A stretch of DNA of 64,000 nt from Myxococcales bacterium. GTDB taxonomy: Bacteria > Myxococcota_A > Polyangia > Polyangiales > DASUME01. Below, piece after piece: positions 52,701 to 61,467 of this stretch (positions within the stretch are counted from its first letter, which is position 1; every line of letters starts with the position of its first letter). Where the stretch lies: positions 7,776,001 through 7,840,000 of the forward strand of contig JASGJH010000001.1 in the NCBI GenBank assembly GCA_047601445.1, given 5' to 3'. The translations under genes were made by a program, and so were the position numbers. Under the pieces are notes generated by a model, which searched no databases, was not told the origin of the DNA, and worked only from the letters and a program-made list of their open reading frames with translations.

Positions 52701-53104
52701 AGCGCGAGTGCCACGAAGACAACAACCGCATCGAGAAGCCCGTGACCAACGGCGGTTCCCAGGCTGACCTGCGACTCGAGGTGGGCGCCACGGGTGGTGA
52801 TTGCGGCAGCGCGAACGTCGCGGTGACCGTGTTCAACGACGGTTCGGTGGCGGCCAAGGACGTGCTAGTGCGCATCTACGCCGGTGACCCCAGCGCGGGT
52901 GGTCTCTCCATCGGCGAGGTCATGGTGGCCGGGCCCATCGACCCCGGAGCCCAGATGGGCGCCACCGTGCAACTCGGCAGTCAGGACCGCGACATCAAGC
53001 TGTTCGGTGTGGCCGACCCGCTCGACGCGATCCCCGAGTGCAACAACGCGAACAACGTGGCGCAGGGCCCCGATCTGATGTGCGCCAGCATCATCCTGCT
53101 GTGA
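49757..53104 (+). CDS. large surface lipoprotein: GD repeats, Cys-rich repeats, FG-GAP/VCBS propeller and two CARDB-like Ig domains
   Basis: Lipobox VAAC; DxDGDGxxE repeats (GDADGDGIPEI, DFNGDGAAEV, DVDNDGNAEI); PDL..V.NQG and ECxxxNN CARDB signatures. Confidence 0.85.
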   Translation: MSSITKFRPDLLGVVLGLSVAACSGGGNGGTANNGDGDGDAGPVGDGDQMPGDGDGDGDGMPTGPLCGTITCGVGQRCMDGTPPVCVDNACGDLNCGETAACVPAPGGGNMCKSIACSTDAQCVAAQHCDGTKCVDDVCEPDVQACDGNTVVQCSSNGGGETPRFTCLTGGYVESSCMEAASGAFGCSCTDDWDCPSFTDCNAGTCEGTGVEPTCKVSVADFKDVLPKVEPDGFWGGLGQKGPATGRPFPDHAQVAATPMVANLDDDNGDGFINEFDFPEIIFITYPNKDSVEQNGIVRAIHGGGPNRGKDYFAACKAMPWKEGDAITTDACADADASVRPGSGLAVGDADGDGIPEIFVAAEGGKLQILDNHGVRMSQTDAFYPSSSGKWKYPQIALANLDNRGYAEVIIGPRVATLQKDDQGIISVLDIFVGDDTKANGAPDDGSKEFGPSVCPANLLDTDPNDDDVTQEIVMGTTLYAFPTNPDPANIKKVADCPGSDTSDFCKKKLTFIWDAKAVNSAANINQEGLCAVADVWGSNKDKAPGPGVDPNMLEDTELDRVPEVILVSNGHIRVFRSVDGVLIKDVSVEDGQRGGAPNIDDFDADGFPEVAMASSGFYTVVDLQTPDAAHCPAWPDAMGSAQSAASPGTNTARTPGGACTSDSDCNSGSICSPSLKSCVCLHNGWKRTTDDNSSKVTSSSVFDFNGDGAAEVVYGDECYFRIYDGKNGDIHLAMPSMSRTIMENPVVADVDNDGNAEIVVVMNNEQALSRCSETDLPLPPVPGQPTQTVTRDSLPNGINVYGDLSDSWVSARRIWNEHSYHVTNVTEGGQIPLREPESWLPYGNRFYNTYRSQPRSSGVAPDLVLVDLQISSPDVTCGQLSDQLNLTVLVKNQGDLRVGPGVPLKFYGKFGGDFEALLLPANGNDPRAALTYTLTNSLEPGASVLISVPFAAADSLTAALPSDIAVTIDEAVPGVSPNGTERECHEDNNRIEKPVTNGGSQADLRLEVGATGGDCGSANVAVTVFNDGSVAAKDVLVRIYAGDPSAGGLSIGEVMVAGPIDPGAQMGATVQLGSQDRDIKLFGVADPLDAIPECNNANNVAQGPDLMCASIILL
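49859..49936 (+). repeat. coding low-complexity (GGCGAY)n Gly-Asp repeats
   Basis: GDGDGD tracts near the lipoprotein N-terminus. Confidence 0.7.
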
Positions 53105-53160
53105 TCGGGGGCGCTGAGCGGGAAGGTGTCGTTGCGATGCCGCCACGCTAGGCTCCTCCA

Positions 53161-53646
53161 ATGCGACGGCTCACCGGGGAAGAGCAAGCCTTTCTCGTCC
53201 GCTACTTCGGCGGCGCGCTCGATCTCGAGCCGATCCGGCTCTCCACCTCCATCGGTGCGCGCTCCTGGTCTCCCTATGGTGCTCGCATCAGCCTGGTGAA
53301 GGGCCTGTACCGGGAGAGAACCCTGGAAGCGGGCGTCGCCCTCGACGATCCCAGGGCGGCGTCCGTCTTCGCCCACGAGGCGATCCACGTCTGGCAGCGT
53401 CAGCGCGGACGCGCTGTGACCCGCCCCGGAGCCTGGCTGCAGACGCTCTACTTCCTCGGCATCCGCGATCCGTATGCTTACGTCCCGCGCCTGGACGCGC
53501 GCTGTCTGCTCTCGGAGTTCGTGCTCGGAAACGTCGAGCAGCAGGGCAAGATCTTCCAGGATTACGTGTTCGCGGAACGCACCGGACAGGCCAGCGAGCG
53601 TTTTTCGCGAATTGCCGCATGGGTCCGCTTGTCGGCATCGAAATAG
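53161..53646 (+). CDS. HEXXH zincin-like protein (DUF4157-like)
   Basis: RRLTGEE...FGGALDLEPIRL, FAHEAIHVWQ and NVEQQG. Confidence 0.75.
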   Translation: MRRLTGEEQAFLVRYFGGALDLEPIRLSTSIGARSWSPYGARISLVKGLYRERTLEAGVALDDPRAASVFAHEAIHVWQRQRGRAVTRPGAWLQTLYFLGIRDPYAYVPRLDARCLLSEFVLGNVEQQGKIFQDYVFAERTGQASERFSRIAAWVRLSASK

Positions 53647-53662
53647 CCAGTATCGTCAGCAC

Positions 53663-54037
53663 ATGACCACGAAGGACGTCATCGCCACCAATTTGCGCAC
53701 GCTGCGCAAGGTGCGCGGTCTCAGTCAGCCGGAGCTGGCCGCCAAGGTCGGAATCAGCCCCCGCACCATCGCGCGCCTGGAGGCCGGACAGGTGGCCGAT
53801 CCCAGCATCAACCACGTGCGCGATTTGGCGCGCGCCCTCGGCGTCACGGTGGACCTCATCAGCGAGAGCGAGCTCTTGCCGCTCACCATCGCCGTGCCCG
53901 CCAAGGTGAAGCAGGTACTCGACTCGCCGGAGGGGCTCGAGCTGTTGTCGGAGCTCCTGGACTACGAGCGCGTGCGGGGCCGTCAGGCGGTGCTGGCGGC
54001 GATCCGACAGATTCACCTGGAGCGCGAAGGCGCGTGA
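53663..54037 (+). CDS. XRE-family HTH transcriptional regulator
   Basis: NLRTLRKVRGLSQPELAAKVGISPRTIARLEAG...LARALGVTVD. Confidence 0.9.
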   Translation: MTTKDVIATNLRTLRKVRGLSQPELAAKVGISPRTIARLEAGQVADPSINHVRDLARALGVTVDLISESELLPLTIAVPAKVKQVLDSPEGLELLSELLDYERVRGRQAVLAAIRQIHLEREGA

Positions 54038-55206
54038 GCTCCGATCCTCGCTCGACGAGCACAGGGAAGGGGATGGGCTCGCTGATCGTCGATCGGGAGC
54101 GCGCGCTGGAGTCCCTCGAGGTGCTGTCGCGGGCGGCTCGCCTGTCGTTCGACACCGAGGGCGATGGGCTGTTTCGCTACCGCACGCGCCTGTGCATGAT
54201 GCAGCTCGGCTGCGCCGAGCAGGTCGCCTTGGTCGACACCCTGGCCTTCGATGCGCTGCCCTTGTTCGAGCGCTTGTTGGGCGAGCAAGGTCCCGAAAAA
54301 ATCGTCCACGACGCCTCCTTCGACGCGCGGGTCCTGTTCGCTCACGGGGTGAAGCTCGGGCGCGTCTTCGACACCGCCGTGGCCGCGCGCTTTCTGGGCC
54401 TGAAAGCCACGGGGCTCTCCAGCCTGCTGTCGACGTTCTTCCAGCTCGAGCTACCCAAGGACAAGCAGCAGGCCGATTGGGGGGCGCGACCGCTCGACGA
54501 CGACGCCGTGCGCTACCTGGTCGACGACGTGTGCCACCTCGAGGCGCTAGCCGACCTCCTGCTCGCCCGCATCCGCGAGCTGGATATCGAGGCCGAGGTT
54601 CGCGAGGAGTGCGCCTACCTGCTGAGCGAAGCCCAGCACCCGGCGGTCGAGGCGCCACCCTGGACGCGACTCAAGGGAGCGCTGGTGCGCCCCCCTGCGG
54701 AGCGCGCCCGCCTGCGTGAGTTGTTCGCGGAGCGCGAGGCGTTGGCGCGCGAGCTCGACGTGCCCCCGGGCCGTCTGGTGCCCAACGAAGTGCTCTCCAA
54801 GCTCGGAGAGCGCGCCGAGGTCGAGAGCGCCCAGCTCGCTCGTCTACTCGGCCCCAAGCTCGCGGGGCATTTGGAGCGCTTCGAGCAGGCGTTCGAGCGC
54901 GCACGCGGGCTCTCGGATGCACCCGAGGCGGAAATCCGGAGCCAGGCTAGCCGGGCCGTGAGCCCAGCCGAGCTCGAGCGGAGGAAGACCCGCAAACGCC
55001 TGCTGACGGAGCTGCGGACCCGTGAGGCGGCGCTGCGGGGGGTGGACCCACAGGTGGTGCTGCCCGGCCATTGTTTGAGCGAGATCGTCGATCTCCCCGT
55101 GGTCGATCTCGAGACGCTGCGCGCGGTGCCTGGCTTCGGTGAGTGTCGCATCGAGCGCTACGGCGCGCGCATGGTGGCCGAGCTCACAGCGACCTGGCCA
55201 CGTTGA
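54034..55206 (+). CDS. rnd: ribonuclease D (3'-5' exonuclease plus HRDC)
   Basis: FDTEG, HDASFD, FDTAVAARFLG, QQADWGARPL and YLVDDV motifs; HRDC-like C-terminus. Confidence 0.9.
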   Translation: MSSDPRSTSTGKGMGSLIVDRERALESLEVLSRAARLSFDTEGDGLFRYRTRLCMMQLGCAEQVALVDTLAFDALPLFERLLGEQGPEKIVHDASFDARVLFAHGVKLGRVFDTAVAARFLGLKATGLSSLLSTFFQLELPKDKQQADWGARPLDDDAVRYLVDDVCHLEALADLLLARIRELDIEAEVREECAYLLSEAQHPAVEAPPWTRLKGALVRPPAERARLRELFAEREALARELDVPPGRLVPNEVLSKLGERAEVESAQLARLLGPKLAGHLERFEQAFERARGLSDAPEAEIRSQASRAVSPAELERRKTRKRLLTELRTREAALRGVDPQVVLPGHCLSEIVDLPVVDLETLRAVPGFGECRIERYGARMVAELTATWPR

Positions 55207-55266
55207 GGTGCGGGGAGGTGGCGATTTGCGACCTGGTGTCGCCAGTTTTTCGCCTCCGAAACGCGC

Positions 55267-57177
55267 TTGGGAGAAAAGCGTGATCGCGCGCTGACCAACA
55301 CTGGTAAAACCAAAACGGGGTTTTTCGCGGTCGTGTTCTCCGTCCTTTCATACGGAAGTTTGCTGACGCTCGGAGCAGGCGTCATGGCGTCCTCCCTCGT
55401 CGGCTACCTGAGCTCGATCCGCCGCCAGCGGCGGGAATGTGACGAGCGTTTCGAGCGCTTTGGGCGCGCGGCCCAGGACGCCCTCTGGGAATGCTCCTTC
55501 GAGACCGCGGGTTCCGCCCTGCGCCCTGGTTCAGCGCACTACTCGGCTCGCTTCTGTGAGCTCCTGGGGCTGCCCGCCAAGTCGCAGGGCAACACTCGGG
55601 ATTTCCTGCTGGAGCGGGTGCACCCGGGGGATCGCCCGGCCCTCGAGGGCAAGCTCGGCGATCTCGCGCGCGGCTCGCTGGAGCGACTCGAGCTCGAGCA
55701 TCGGCTGCGCCACGAGGACGGCTCCTGGCTGTGGGTGGAAGTGCGCGTGGTGCGCGCGAGCTCGGCAGAGGGGCAGGTGGTGCTCACGGGGTGGGTCGCG
55801 GACATCAGCGAGCGCAAGGCGGCCGAACGCCAGCTGCGTTTCCATGCCTTCCGCGACTCGCTGACCGGGCTCGCCAACCGCAGCTTGTTCATGGATCGAC
55901 TGAGCCAGTGCCTACTGCGGCCCCGCGGCGTCCCCGAGGGGAGCCAGCCCGAAAACCAGCAGGGCAAGACCTCGAGCACCGCGGTGCTCCTGATCGACCT
56001 CGACCGCTTCAAGCGCGTGAACGACAGCCTGTGTCACTCCGCGGGCGACGTGCTGCTCTACGCGGTCGCCGAGCGCCTCTCGGCGTGCGTGCGCGAAGAG
56101 GACACGGTGGCGCGTCTCGGCGGCGACGAGTTCGCGCTGCTGCTCCACGAGATCGCTTCTCCCGAAGACGCCATCGACGTGGCCACGCGCGCGCGCCGCG
56201 CGCTGATGGAGCCCATCATCGTGCAGGGACGCCCGGTGACCGTGGGAGCGAGTGTCGGCATCGTGGTGGTGGGCGATGGACATTTGACGGCGGTCGACGT
56301 GGTGCGCGACGCCGATACCGCCATGTATCGCGCCAAGGCGCTGGGGCGCGGTCAGTGGGCGCTGTTCGATCCGTCCATGCGCGCGCAGGCCGTGGAGCGC
56401 ATGACGCTCGAGAACGAGCTGCGTAGCGGCTTGGCCAACGAGCAGATCGAGGTGTTCTTCCAGCCCATCGTCGATGGCGCGGGACAGTTCGCCGGCGTGG
56501 AAGCGCTGCCGCGTTGGCATCATCCGCGCCTGGGCATGTTGTTGCCGGCGGACTTCATTCAGCTCGCCGAGGAGACCGGCCTGATCATGGAGCTCGGCGA
56601 TCTGGTGCTGAGCCAGGCCTGCGAGCTCGGACGCCGCATCGGCAAGGTCGTCAACCACGCCAACTGGACCGTCAACGTCAACCTCTCGCCGCGCCAGCTA
56701 GGTCGCTCCGATCTCAAGCGCCGCGTGGAGATGGTGCTCGAGGGGACCGGCCTCGATCCGGCCCGTCTGTGCTTCGAGGTCACCGAGGATCTCGTGCTCG
56801 ATGAGTTGCCCTCCGGGGCGGCCTTGTTCACGGCGCTGCGCGAGCGCGGCGTGAAGTTGTGCATGGACGACTTCGGCACGGGCTACTCGTCGTTGAGCTA
56901 CCTGCATCGCTTCCGCTTCGACTTCCTGAAGATCGAGACGAACTTCGTGCACGGCATCGAGGCCCACGAGGGCGGCGTGCAGCTCGTGCGTTCCATGGTG
57001 AACCTGGCGCGTAACCTGGGCGTGATGCCGATCGCCGAAGGGGTGGAGACGCAGAAGCAGTGGGACGTGTTGAAGTCGCTGGGGTGCCCGCGCGCCCAGG
57101 GCTTCCACTTCGCCACACCGCTGACGGCCACCGAGTTCATGGCCTGGATCCGAGAGCGCTTCGCGGCATGCGCATGA
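55267..57177 (+). CDS. membrane-anchored PAS-GGDEF-EAL c-di-GMP enzyme
   Basis: N-terminal TM; PAS (VHPGD); REEDxxxxxGGDEF; EAL, DDFGTGYSS and AEGVE; start uncertain. Confidence 0.92.
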   Translation: MGEKRDRALTNTGKTKTGFFAVVFSVLSYGSLLTLGAGVMASSLVGYLSSIRRQRRECDERFERFGRAAQDALWECSFETAGSALRPGSAHYSARFCELLGLPAKSQGNTRDFLLERVHPGDRPALEGKLGDLARGSLERLELEHRLRHEDGSWLWVEVRVVRASSAEGQVVLTGWVADISERKAAERQLRFHAFRDSLTGLANRSLFMDRLSQCLLRPRGVPEGSQPENQQGKTSSTAVLLIDLDRFKRVNDSLCHSAGDVLLYAVAERLSACVREEDTVARLGGDEFALLLHEIASPEDAIDVATRARRALMEPIIVQGRPVTVGASVGIVVVGDGHLTAVDVVRDADTAMYRAKALGRGQWALFDPSMRAQAVERMTLENELRSGLANEQIEVFFQPIVDGAGQFAGVEALPRWHHPRLGMLLPADFIQLAEETGLIMELGDLVLSQACELGRRIGKVVNHANWTVNVNLSPRQLGRSDLKRRVEMVLEGTGLDPARLCFEVTEDLVLDELPSGAALFTALRERGVKLCMDDFGTGYSSLSYLHRFRFDFLKIETNFVHGIEAHEGGVQLVRSMVNLARNLGVMPIAEGVETQKQWDVLKSLGCPRAQGFHFATPLTATEFMAWIRERFAACA

Positions 57178-59213
57178 ACGCGGCCTCGCGTGCTCCCGTC
57201 AAGCTCGGCGTCGCCCTCAGCGCGCTCTATCTGGCGTTGTTCGCCCTGGGCGCGACCCAGCTGCCGTTCTCCCTGGGGGCCCTGGCGACGCTGCCCATCC
57301 TGGCGTCCGCCTGGTTCGGAGGCCGCCGCGGCGTTGCCAGTGCCGGGCTAGCGCTCGCGCTCGGCCACAGCGTGCTGGCGCTCTCCTGGGCGGGATTCCG
57401 ACTCGACGGCTACGAGATTCTCTGGGGCGTGGCGCTGCTGGCCATCGGCTTCGTGGTCGCGGCATTGCGCGATTCGGGCGAGCGTGAGCGGGCGGCGTTA
57501 GGGGCCGCGGAGCAGCGCTTCGAGCGAGCCCTGCGCGAGGCGCGGGACGTACTCTGGGAGTGGGACATCCCTTCCGGAAGCGCGTTCTTCTCGGAGCGCT
57601 TTCAGGAGTTGGTGGGGGCCGAGGGGCCGGTGCTGTCCACGCGCATCAGCGAGTGGTTCGATCGTGTGCATCCGGAGGAAATCGAGCCCCTCAACCGCGC
57701 CGTCGAGGAGCACCGACGCGGCGAGAGCGAGCGCTTCGAGCACATGCATCGGCTGCGGCGCCAGGACGGCTCCTATGTGTGGGTCGCGGCGGGCGGCCTG
57801 TTGACACGCGACGCTCACGGTGAGCCCACGCGTATGACGGGTTGGATCACCGACGTCACGGAGCAGCGCCGCTCCGAGGCTCAGCTGCGGCGCTTGGCTC
57901 TCCAGGACGCCCTCACTGGCTTGCCCAACCGCGTGCTCTTCATGGATCGCCTGGAGCAGGCCCACGAGCGCGCGCGGCGCCGCCAGCGTGAGTACGCGGT
58001 GCTCCTGGTGGACCTCGATCGCTTCAAGGTCATCAACGACAGCCTGGGCCACGCGCTCGGCGACCTCCTCCTGATGAAGGTGGCTCGCCTGCTCAAGGAC
58101 ACGGTGCGGCCTGGAGACACCATCGCTCGCCTCGGTGGGGATGAGTTCGTGATCTTGCTCGAGGACCTGGAGCGACCCGAGCAGGCAGACGAGATCGCAG
58201 GTGAAGTGGTCGCCAACCTGGTGCAGCCCATCGACGTGGATGGTCAGCGCGTGGTGGTGGGCGCCAGCGTGGGCATGTCGCGGGGCCCGGGCTCGCGCGA
58301 TGCACCGCGGCCCGAGGAGATCCTGCGCGAGGCCGACATCGCGATGTACAAGGCCAAGGCCTCCGGCGGCGAGCGTGTGGACGTGTTCGACCCTGCCGCG
58401 CAGGGCAACCTGGCGGAGCGACTCGATCTGGAAAACGAGCTGCGGCGGGCGCTCGACGGAGAAACACTCCACGTGCACTACCAGCCCATCGTCGACGTCG
58501 AGGCGGGCCTGGTGGTCGGCTTCGAAGCCCTGGCCCGCTGGCATCACCCGCGCCTCGGCCCCGTCAGTCCGGGTAAGTTCATCCCGATCGCCGAAGAATC
58601 CGGCCTCATCGATCGACTCGGCGAGTGCGTACTGCGCGTGGCCTGCCGCGATGCCGCCGCGCTCAAGCGGCGCTTCCCCGACGCCACGGCCTTCCGCATG
58701 GGCGTGAACCTGTCGGTCGCCCAGTTGGCCCACACCGACCTCTGCGAGCGCGTGGAGCGCGCGCTCAAGGACAGCGAGCTGACCGCCGACTACTTGAGCC
58801 TGGAGATCACCGAGAGCGGCTTGCTCGAGGACACCGAAGGCGCCGTGCGCATCTTCTCGCGTCTGCAGGACATGGGCGTGCGCCTCTCGATGGACGACTT
58901 CGGCACCGGCTACTCCTCCCTGCAATACCTGCGGCGCTTCCGCATCGACACCCTCAAGATCGACGGCTCGTTCGTGCGCGACATGGAGCACACGGCCGGC
59001 GAGGAGATCTGCGCCACCATCATCAACCTGGGCAAGGACCTGGGCCTCAGTGTGGTGGCCGAGGGCGTGGAGTTGCCTCAGGAGCTCGCTCGCCTGCGCC
59101 GCCTCGGCGGACGCTACGCCCAGGGCTTCTTGCTGTCGCGACCGCTCGCGTTCGATGCCCTGTGCGCCTGGCTCGAGAGCATGCCCGGCTGGCGCCTCCG
59201 CATGGCGAGTTAA
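57174..59213 (+). CDS. multi-TM PAS-GGDEF-EAL c-di-GMP enzyme
   Basis: About four TM helices; PAS (VHPEE); RPGDxxxxxGGDEF; EAL, DDFGTGYSS, LKID and AEGVE; ATGA overlap. Confidence 0.93.
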   Translation: MNAASRAPVKLGVALSALYLALFALGATQLPFSLGALATLPILASAWFGGRRGVASAGLALALGHSVLALSWAGFRLDGYEILWGVALLAIGFVVAALRDSGERERAALGAAEQRFERALREARDVLWEWDIPSGSAFFSERFQELVGAEGPVLSTRISEWFDRVHPEEIEPLNRAVEEHRRGESERFEHMHRLRRQDGSYVWVAAGGLLTRDAHGEPTRMTGWITDVTEQRRSEAQLRRLALQDALTGLPNRVLFMDRLEQAHERARRRQREYAVLLVDLDRFKVINDSLGHALGDLLLMKVARLLKDTVRPGDTIARLGGDEFVILLEDLERPEQADEIAGEVVANLVQPIDVDGQRVVVGASVGMSRGPGSRDAPRPEEILREADIAMYKAKASGGERVDVFDPAAQGNLAERLDLENELRRALDGETLHVHYQPIVDVEAGLVVGFEALARWHHPRLGPVSPGKFIPIAEESGLIDRLGECVLRVACRDAAALKRRFPDATAFRMGVNLSVAQLAHTDLCERVERALKDSELTADYLSLEITESGLLEDTEGAVRIFSRLQDMGVRLSMDDFGTGYSSLQYLRRFRIDTLKIDGSFVRDMEHTAGEEICATIINLGKDLGLSVVAEGVELPQELARLRRLGGRYAQGFLLSRPLAFDALCAWLESMPGWRLRMAS

Positions 59214-59267
59214 GAGCAGAGTCACGAGAGCCAGCTCATTGACTCTGACTGGCCCGGGGACGTGAAC

Positions 59268-59849
59268 TCAGCCCCGGTCGTCGTCGCGCTCGATCTCTTC
59301 GCCCTCGGTCTCCACGATCACGTTCGCATGGCGTCCCGGTCCGCGACCCACCTCGGTGGTCGTCTGGACCGGACGTCCTTCGCGTCGCGACGCTGAGGGC
59401 GCGCGCACGTGACCCCCGAAGGGCATGGAGCCGTGTAGGCCCCCGTGCGGCACGCCGAAACCGAAGCGCTGCACTTGGATGCCGCCGCTCGCAACCTGGC
59501 GCTCCAGGTAGGTCCGTAGGGCGGTCGCCAGGTGCTTACGCGTGAACGGCAGCAGCATGAACAGACCGAAGAAGTCCGTGATCACCCCGGGCGTAATCAG
59601 AAACAACCCACCCACCAGGATCAGCAAGCCTCCGAGCACGCCCTCTTCCGGGACGCGTCCTTCGGCGAAGGCGATGCGCCACTCATCCACCACGCGGCGC
59701 CCCTGCTGCTTGGCCAGATAGGCTCCGAGCAACCCCATCGCCACCACGAAGCCCAGAGTGGGGGCCGCTCCGATCACCTTACCGATGCGGATCAAGAGCC
59801 AGAGCTCCACGAAGGGGATCAGCGTAAACGCGAGAAACAACAAGCCCAC
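59268..59849 (-). CDS. fxsA: FxsA family membrane protein
   Basis: IPFVELWLLIRIG..IG, LAKQQG and GGLFLITPGVITDFFG. Confidence 0.92.
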   Translation of the reverse strand: MGLLFLAFTLIPFVELWLLIRIGKVIGAAPTLGFVVAMGLLGAYLAKQQGRRVVDEWRIAFAEGRVPEEGVLGGLLILVGGLFLITPGVITDFFGLFMLLPFTRKHLATALRTYLERQVASGGIQVQRFGFGVPHGGLHGSMPFGGHVRAPSASRREGRPVQTTTEVGRGPGRHANVIVETEGEEIERDDDRG

Positions 59850-60083
59850 CCAGTGTCTGTATCCACGCCGACCCTCCCGGGCAACCCCTCCGGTCCGGCC
59901 TTCTCACTAGTTCACACTGTGCGCGCGGCGCGTTTCCGCACGCGCTTCCCACGCTCCTCGTCGTCCGCTCCGGAAAACACTGGGAAAGCAGGTGTGCGGG
60001 CGAACATTCGCCGAGCTCGAAGCGTAAAGAAGTGAGAAGCCGGACGGCTTGTCTTTTTTCCCCGCTGCCCCCAGGGTGTCTTC

Positions 60084-60344
60084 GTGTCCGCACTAGCGTC
60101 TCACTCAACTCACTGTCCGCGCTGCGCGCGCTCCGTGTCGGTGGTGTCGGTTTGGCCTGGTTTCGTCTGGGCCAAGCGAGCCTGGTACGGCGGGCTTCTG
60201 GTGCTCGCCTGTTTGATGCCCGTGATCATGAGTGAAATCACGCTGCTCTTGCCGCTGGCCATGATGTTCGCCGCGGCCGCGGGGCCCGTGCATATGTTGG
60301 CCGCCCAGCGCGACTCCTGCCGCGAGTGCGGGCTCGAGCTCTAG
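60084..60344 (+). CDS. small membrane protein with split zinc ribbon (LITAF-like)
   Basis: CPRC, hydrophobic hairpin, then CREC at the C-terminus. Confidence 0.6.
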   Translation: MSALASHSTHCPRCARSVSVVSVWPGFVWAKRAWYGGLLVLACLMPVIMSEITLLLPLAMMFAAAAGPVHMLAAQRDSCRECGLEL

Positions 60345-60364
60345 GCGACACCCCCGAAGGGCCC

Positions 60365-61246
60365 CTAAGGCTCCCACCAGGCCTGGCTCGAGGCGAATTC
60401 AGCGAAGCGCAGCGCGCTCTCTTTGGCCTTCTTGCGACGCCGTCCGGTGGGTGCTTGCACCAGTGCCACGCGCCTTCGCTCCACGAAGCCCACCAGCGGG
60501 ATGCGCGTGACGTTGCGTCCCTGGTAATGCTCCGGCATCACGGTGATGCCCAGGCCGGCGCCCACCATGGCCAGCGCACGCTCGTCTTGCTCGGTGCGGT
60601 ACACCAGGCGCGGGCGCACGTTGTGGCTGGTGAAGAAGCGGCTGGTCTCGCTGAGCATCTCGCAGCGGGTGCGCACGATGGTGGGCTCGTCGCCGAGCTC
60701 GTTCACCTGGATGCTGCTGCGGCGCGCGAGCGGATGGTGGGAGGCGATGGCGAGCGAGTAGCCCTCCTCGTAGAGGCGTTCGCTCCGGGCGCGCAGCTCG
60801 GGGCGCTCGATGGTGAGTGCCAGGTCGAGTCGCTCGCTCTGCAAGCGGTTGAGCAGCTCCCGCTCACTGCCTTCGAAGAGCTCCAGGATGGCCCCCGGAT
60901 GGGCACGCAAGAAGTCCCGCAACAGGCTCTGTACGGAAGCCGCCGCGATGGTCGTCAGCACGCCCACCTGCAGGACTTCCCGGGTTTGCACGTTGGAGAG
61001 CTCGGCCTGGGCCTCCTGCACTTCGGAGAGGATCGTGCGGGCGCGTTCTACGAAGCGAGTCCCCGCGCTGGTCAGGAACACGCGGCGACCTGAGCGGTCG
61101 AACAGCGTCACGGACAGCGCCGACTCGAGCTTTTGGATGCCCGCGGAGAGGGTCGGTTGGGACACGCGCGCGCGCCGGCTGGCCTTGGTGAAGCTGCCGG
61201 TTTCCACCACCGCCAGGAAGTAACGCAGCTGGTAGAGCTCGAGCAT
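60365..61246 (-). CDS. LysR-family transcriptional regulator
   Basis: LYQLRYFLAVVETGSFTKAS..VSQPTLS..IQKLE...LFDR; start trimmed to ATG 61246. Confidence 0.95.
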   Translation of the reverse strand: MLELYQLRYFLAVVETGSFTKASRRARVSQPTLSAGIQKLESALSVTLFDRSGRRVFLTSAGTRFVERARTILSEVQEAQAELSNVQTREVLQVGVLTTIAAASVQSLLRDFLRAHPGAILELFEGSERELLNRLQSERLDLALTIERPELRARSERLYEEGYSLAIASHHPLARRSSIQVNELGDEPTIVRTRCEMLSETSRFFTSHNVRPRLVYRTEQDERALAMVGAGLGITVMPEHYQGRNVTRIPLVGFVERRRVALVQAPTGRRRKKAKESALRFAEFASSQAWWEP

Positions 61247-61267
61247 GGGCGTTCCTCTGCGTTCGAT

Positions 61268-61314
61268 CATAGATGATTTCTATGAATAGAATCAAAAGCA
61301 TCGATTGGTTCTAT
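61268..61314. promoter_or_regulatory. LysR-type binding sites between lysR and liuB
   Basis: CATAGA-N5-TCTATG (T-N11-A, ATAG-N7-CTAT) at 61268-84; second IR ATAGAATCAA...TTGGTTCTAT at 61286-314; TACAAT -10 at 61329. Confidence 0.75.
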
Positions 61315-61364
61315 CGAGGGGGGCTGCCTACAATGGTCTCAATCGCGTGCGCTCGCGCGCGATT

Positions 61365-61467
61365 GGTCCTTTCTCGCTCGCGCGCCCCAGGGCGCGCCCG
61401 GTCCTTTCTCGCTCGCGCGCCCCAGGGCGCGCCCGGTCCTTTCTCGCTCGCGCGCCCCAGGGCGCGC
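61365..61467 (+). repeat. 35-bp tandem repeat, about 2.9 copies, each with a GC hairpin
   Basis: Unit GGTCCTTTCTCGCTCGCGCGCCCCAGGGCGCGCCC starting at 61365, 61400 and 61435 (last copy 33 bp). Confidence 0.95.

Noticed and set aside
53161..54037. XRE plus peptidase as a prophage or ICE remnant
   Set aside because: No integrase, att-like repeats, phage genes or evident compositional shift nearby
61365..61467. 35-bp palindromic repeats as a CRISPR array
   Set aside because: Copies are directly abutting with no spacers, and there are no cas genes in the window
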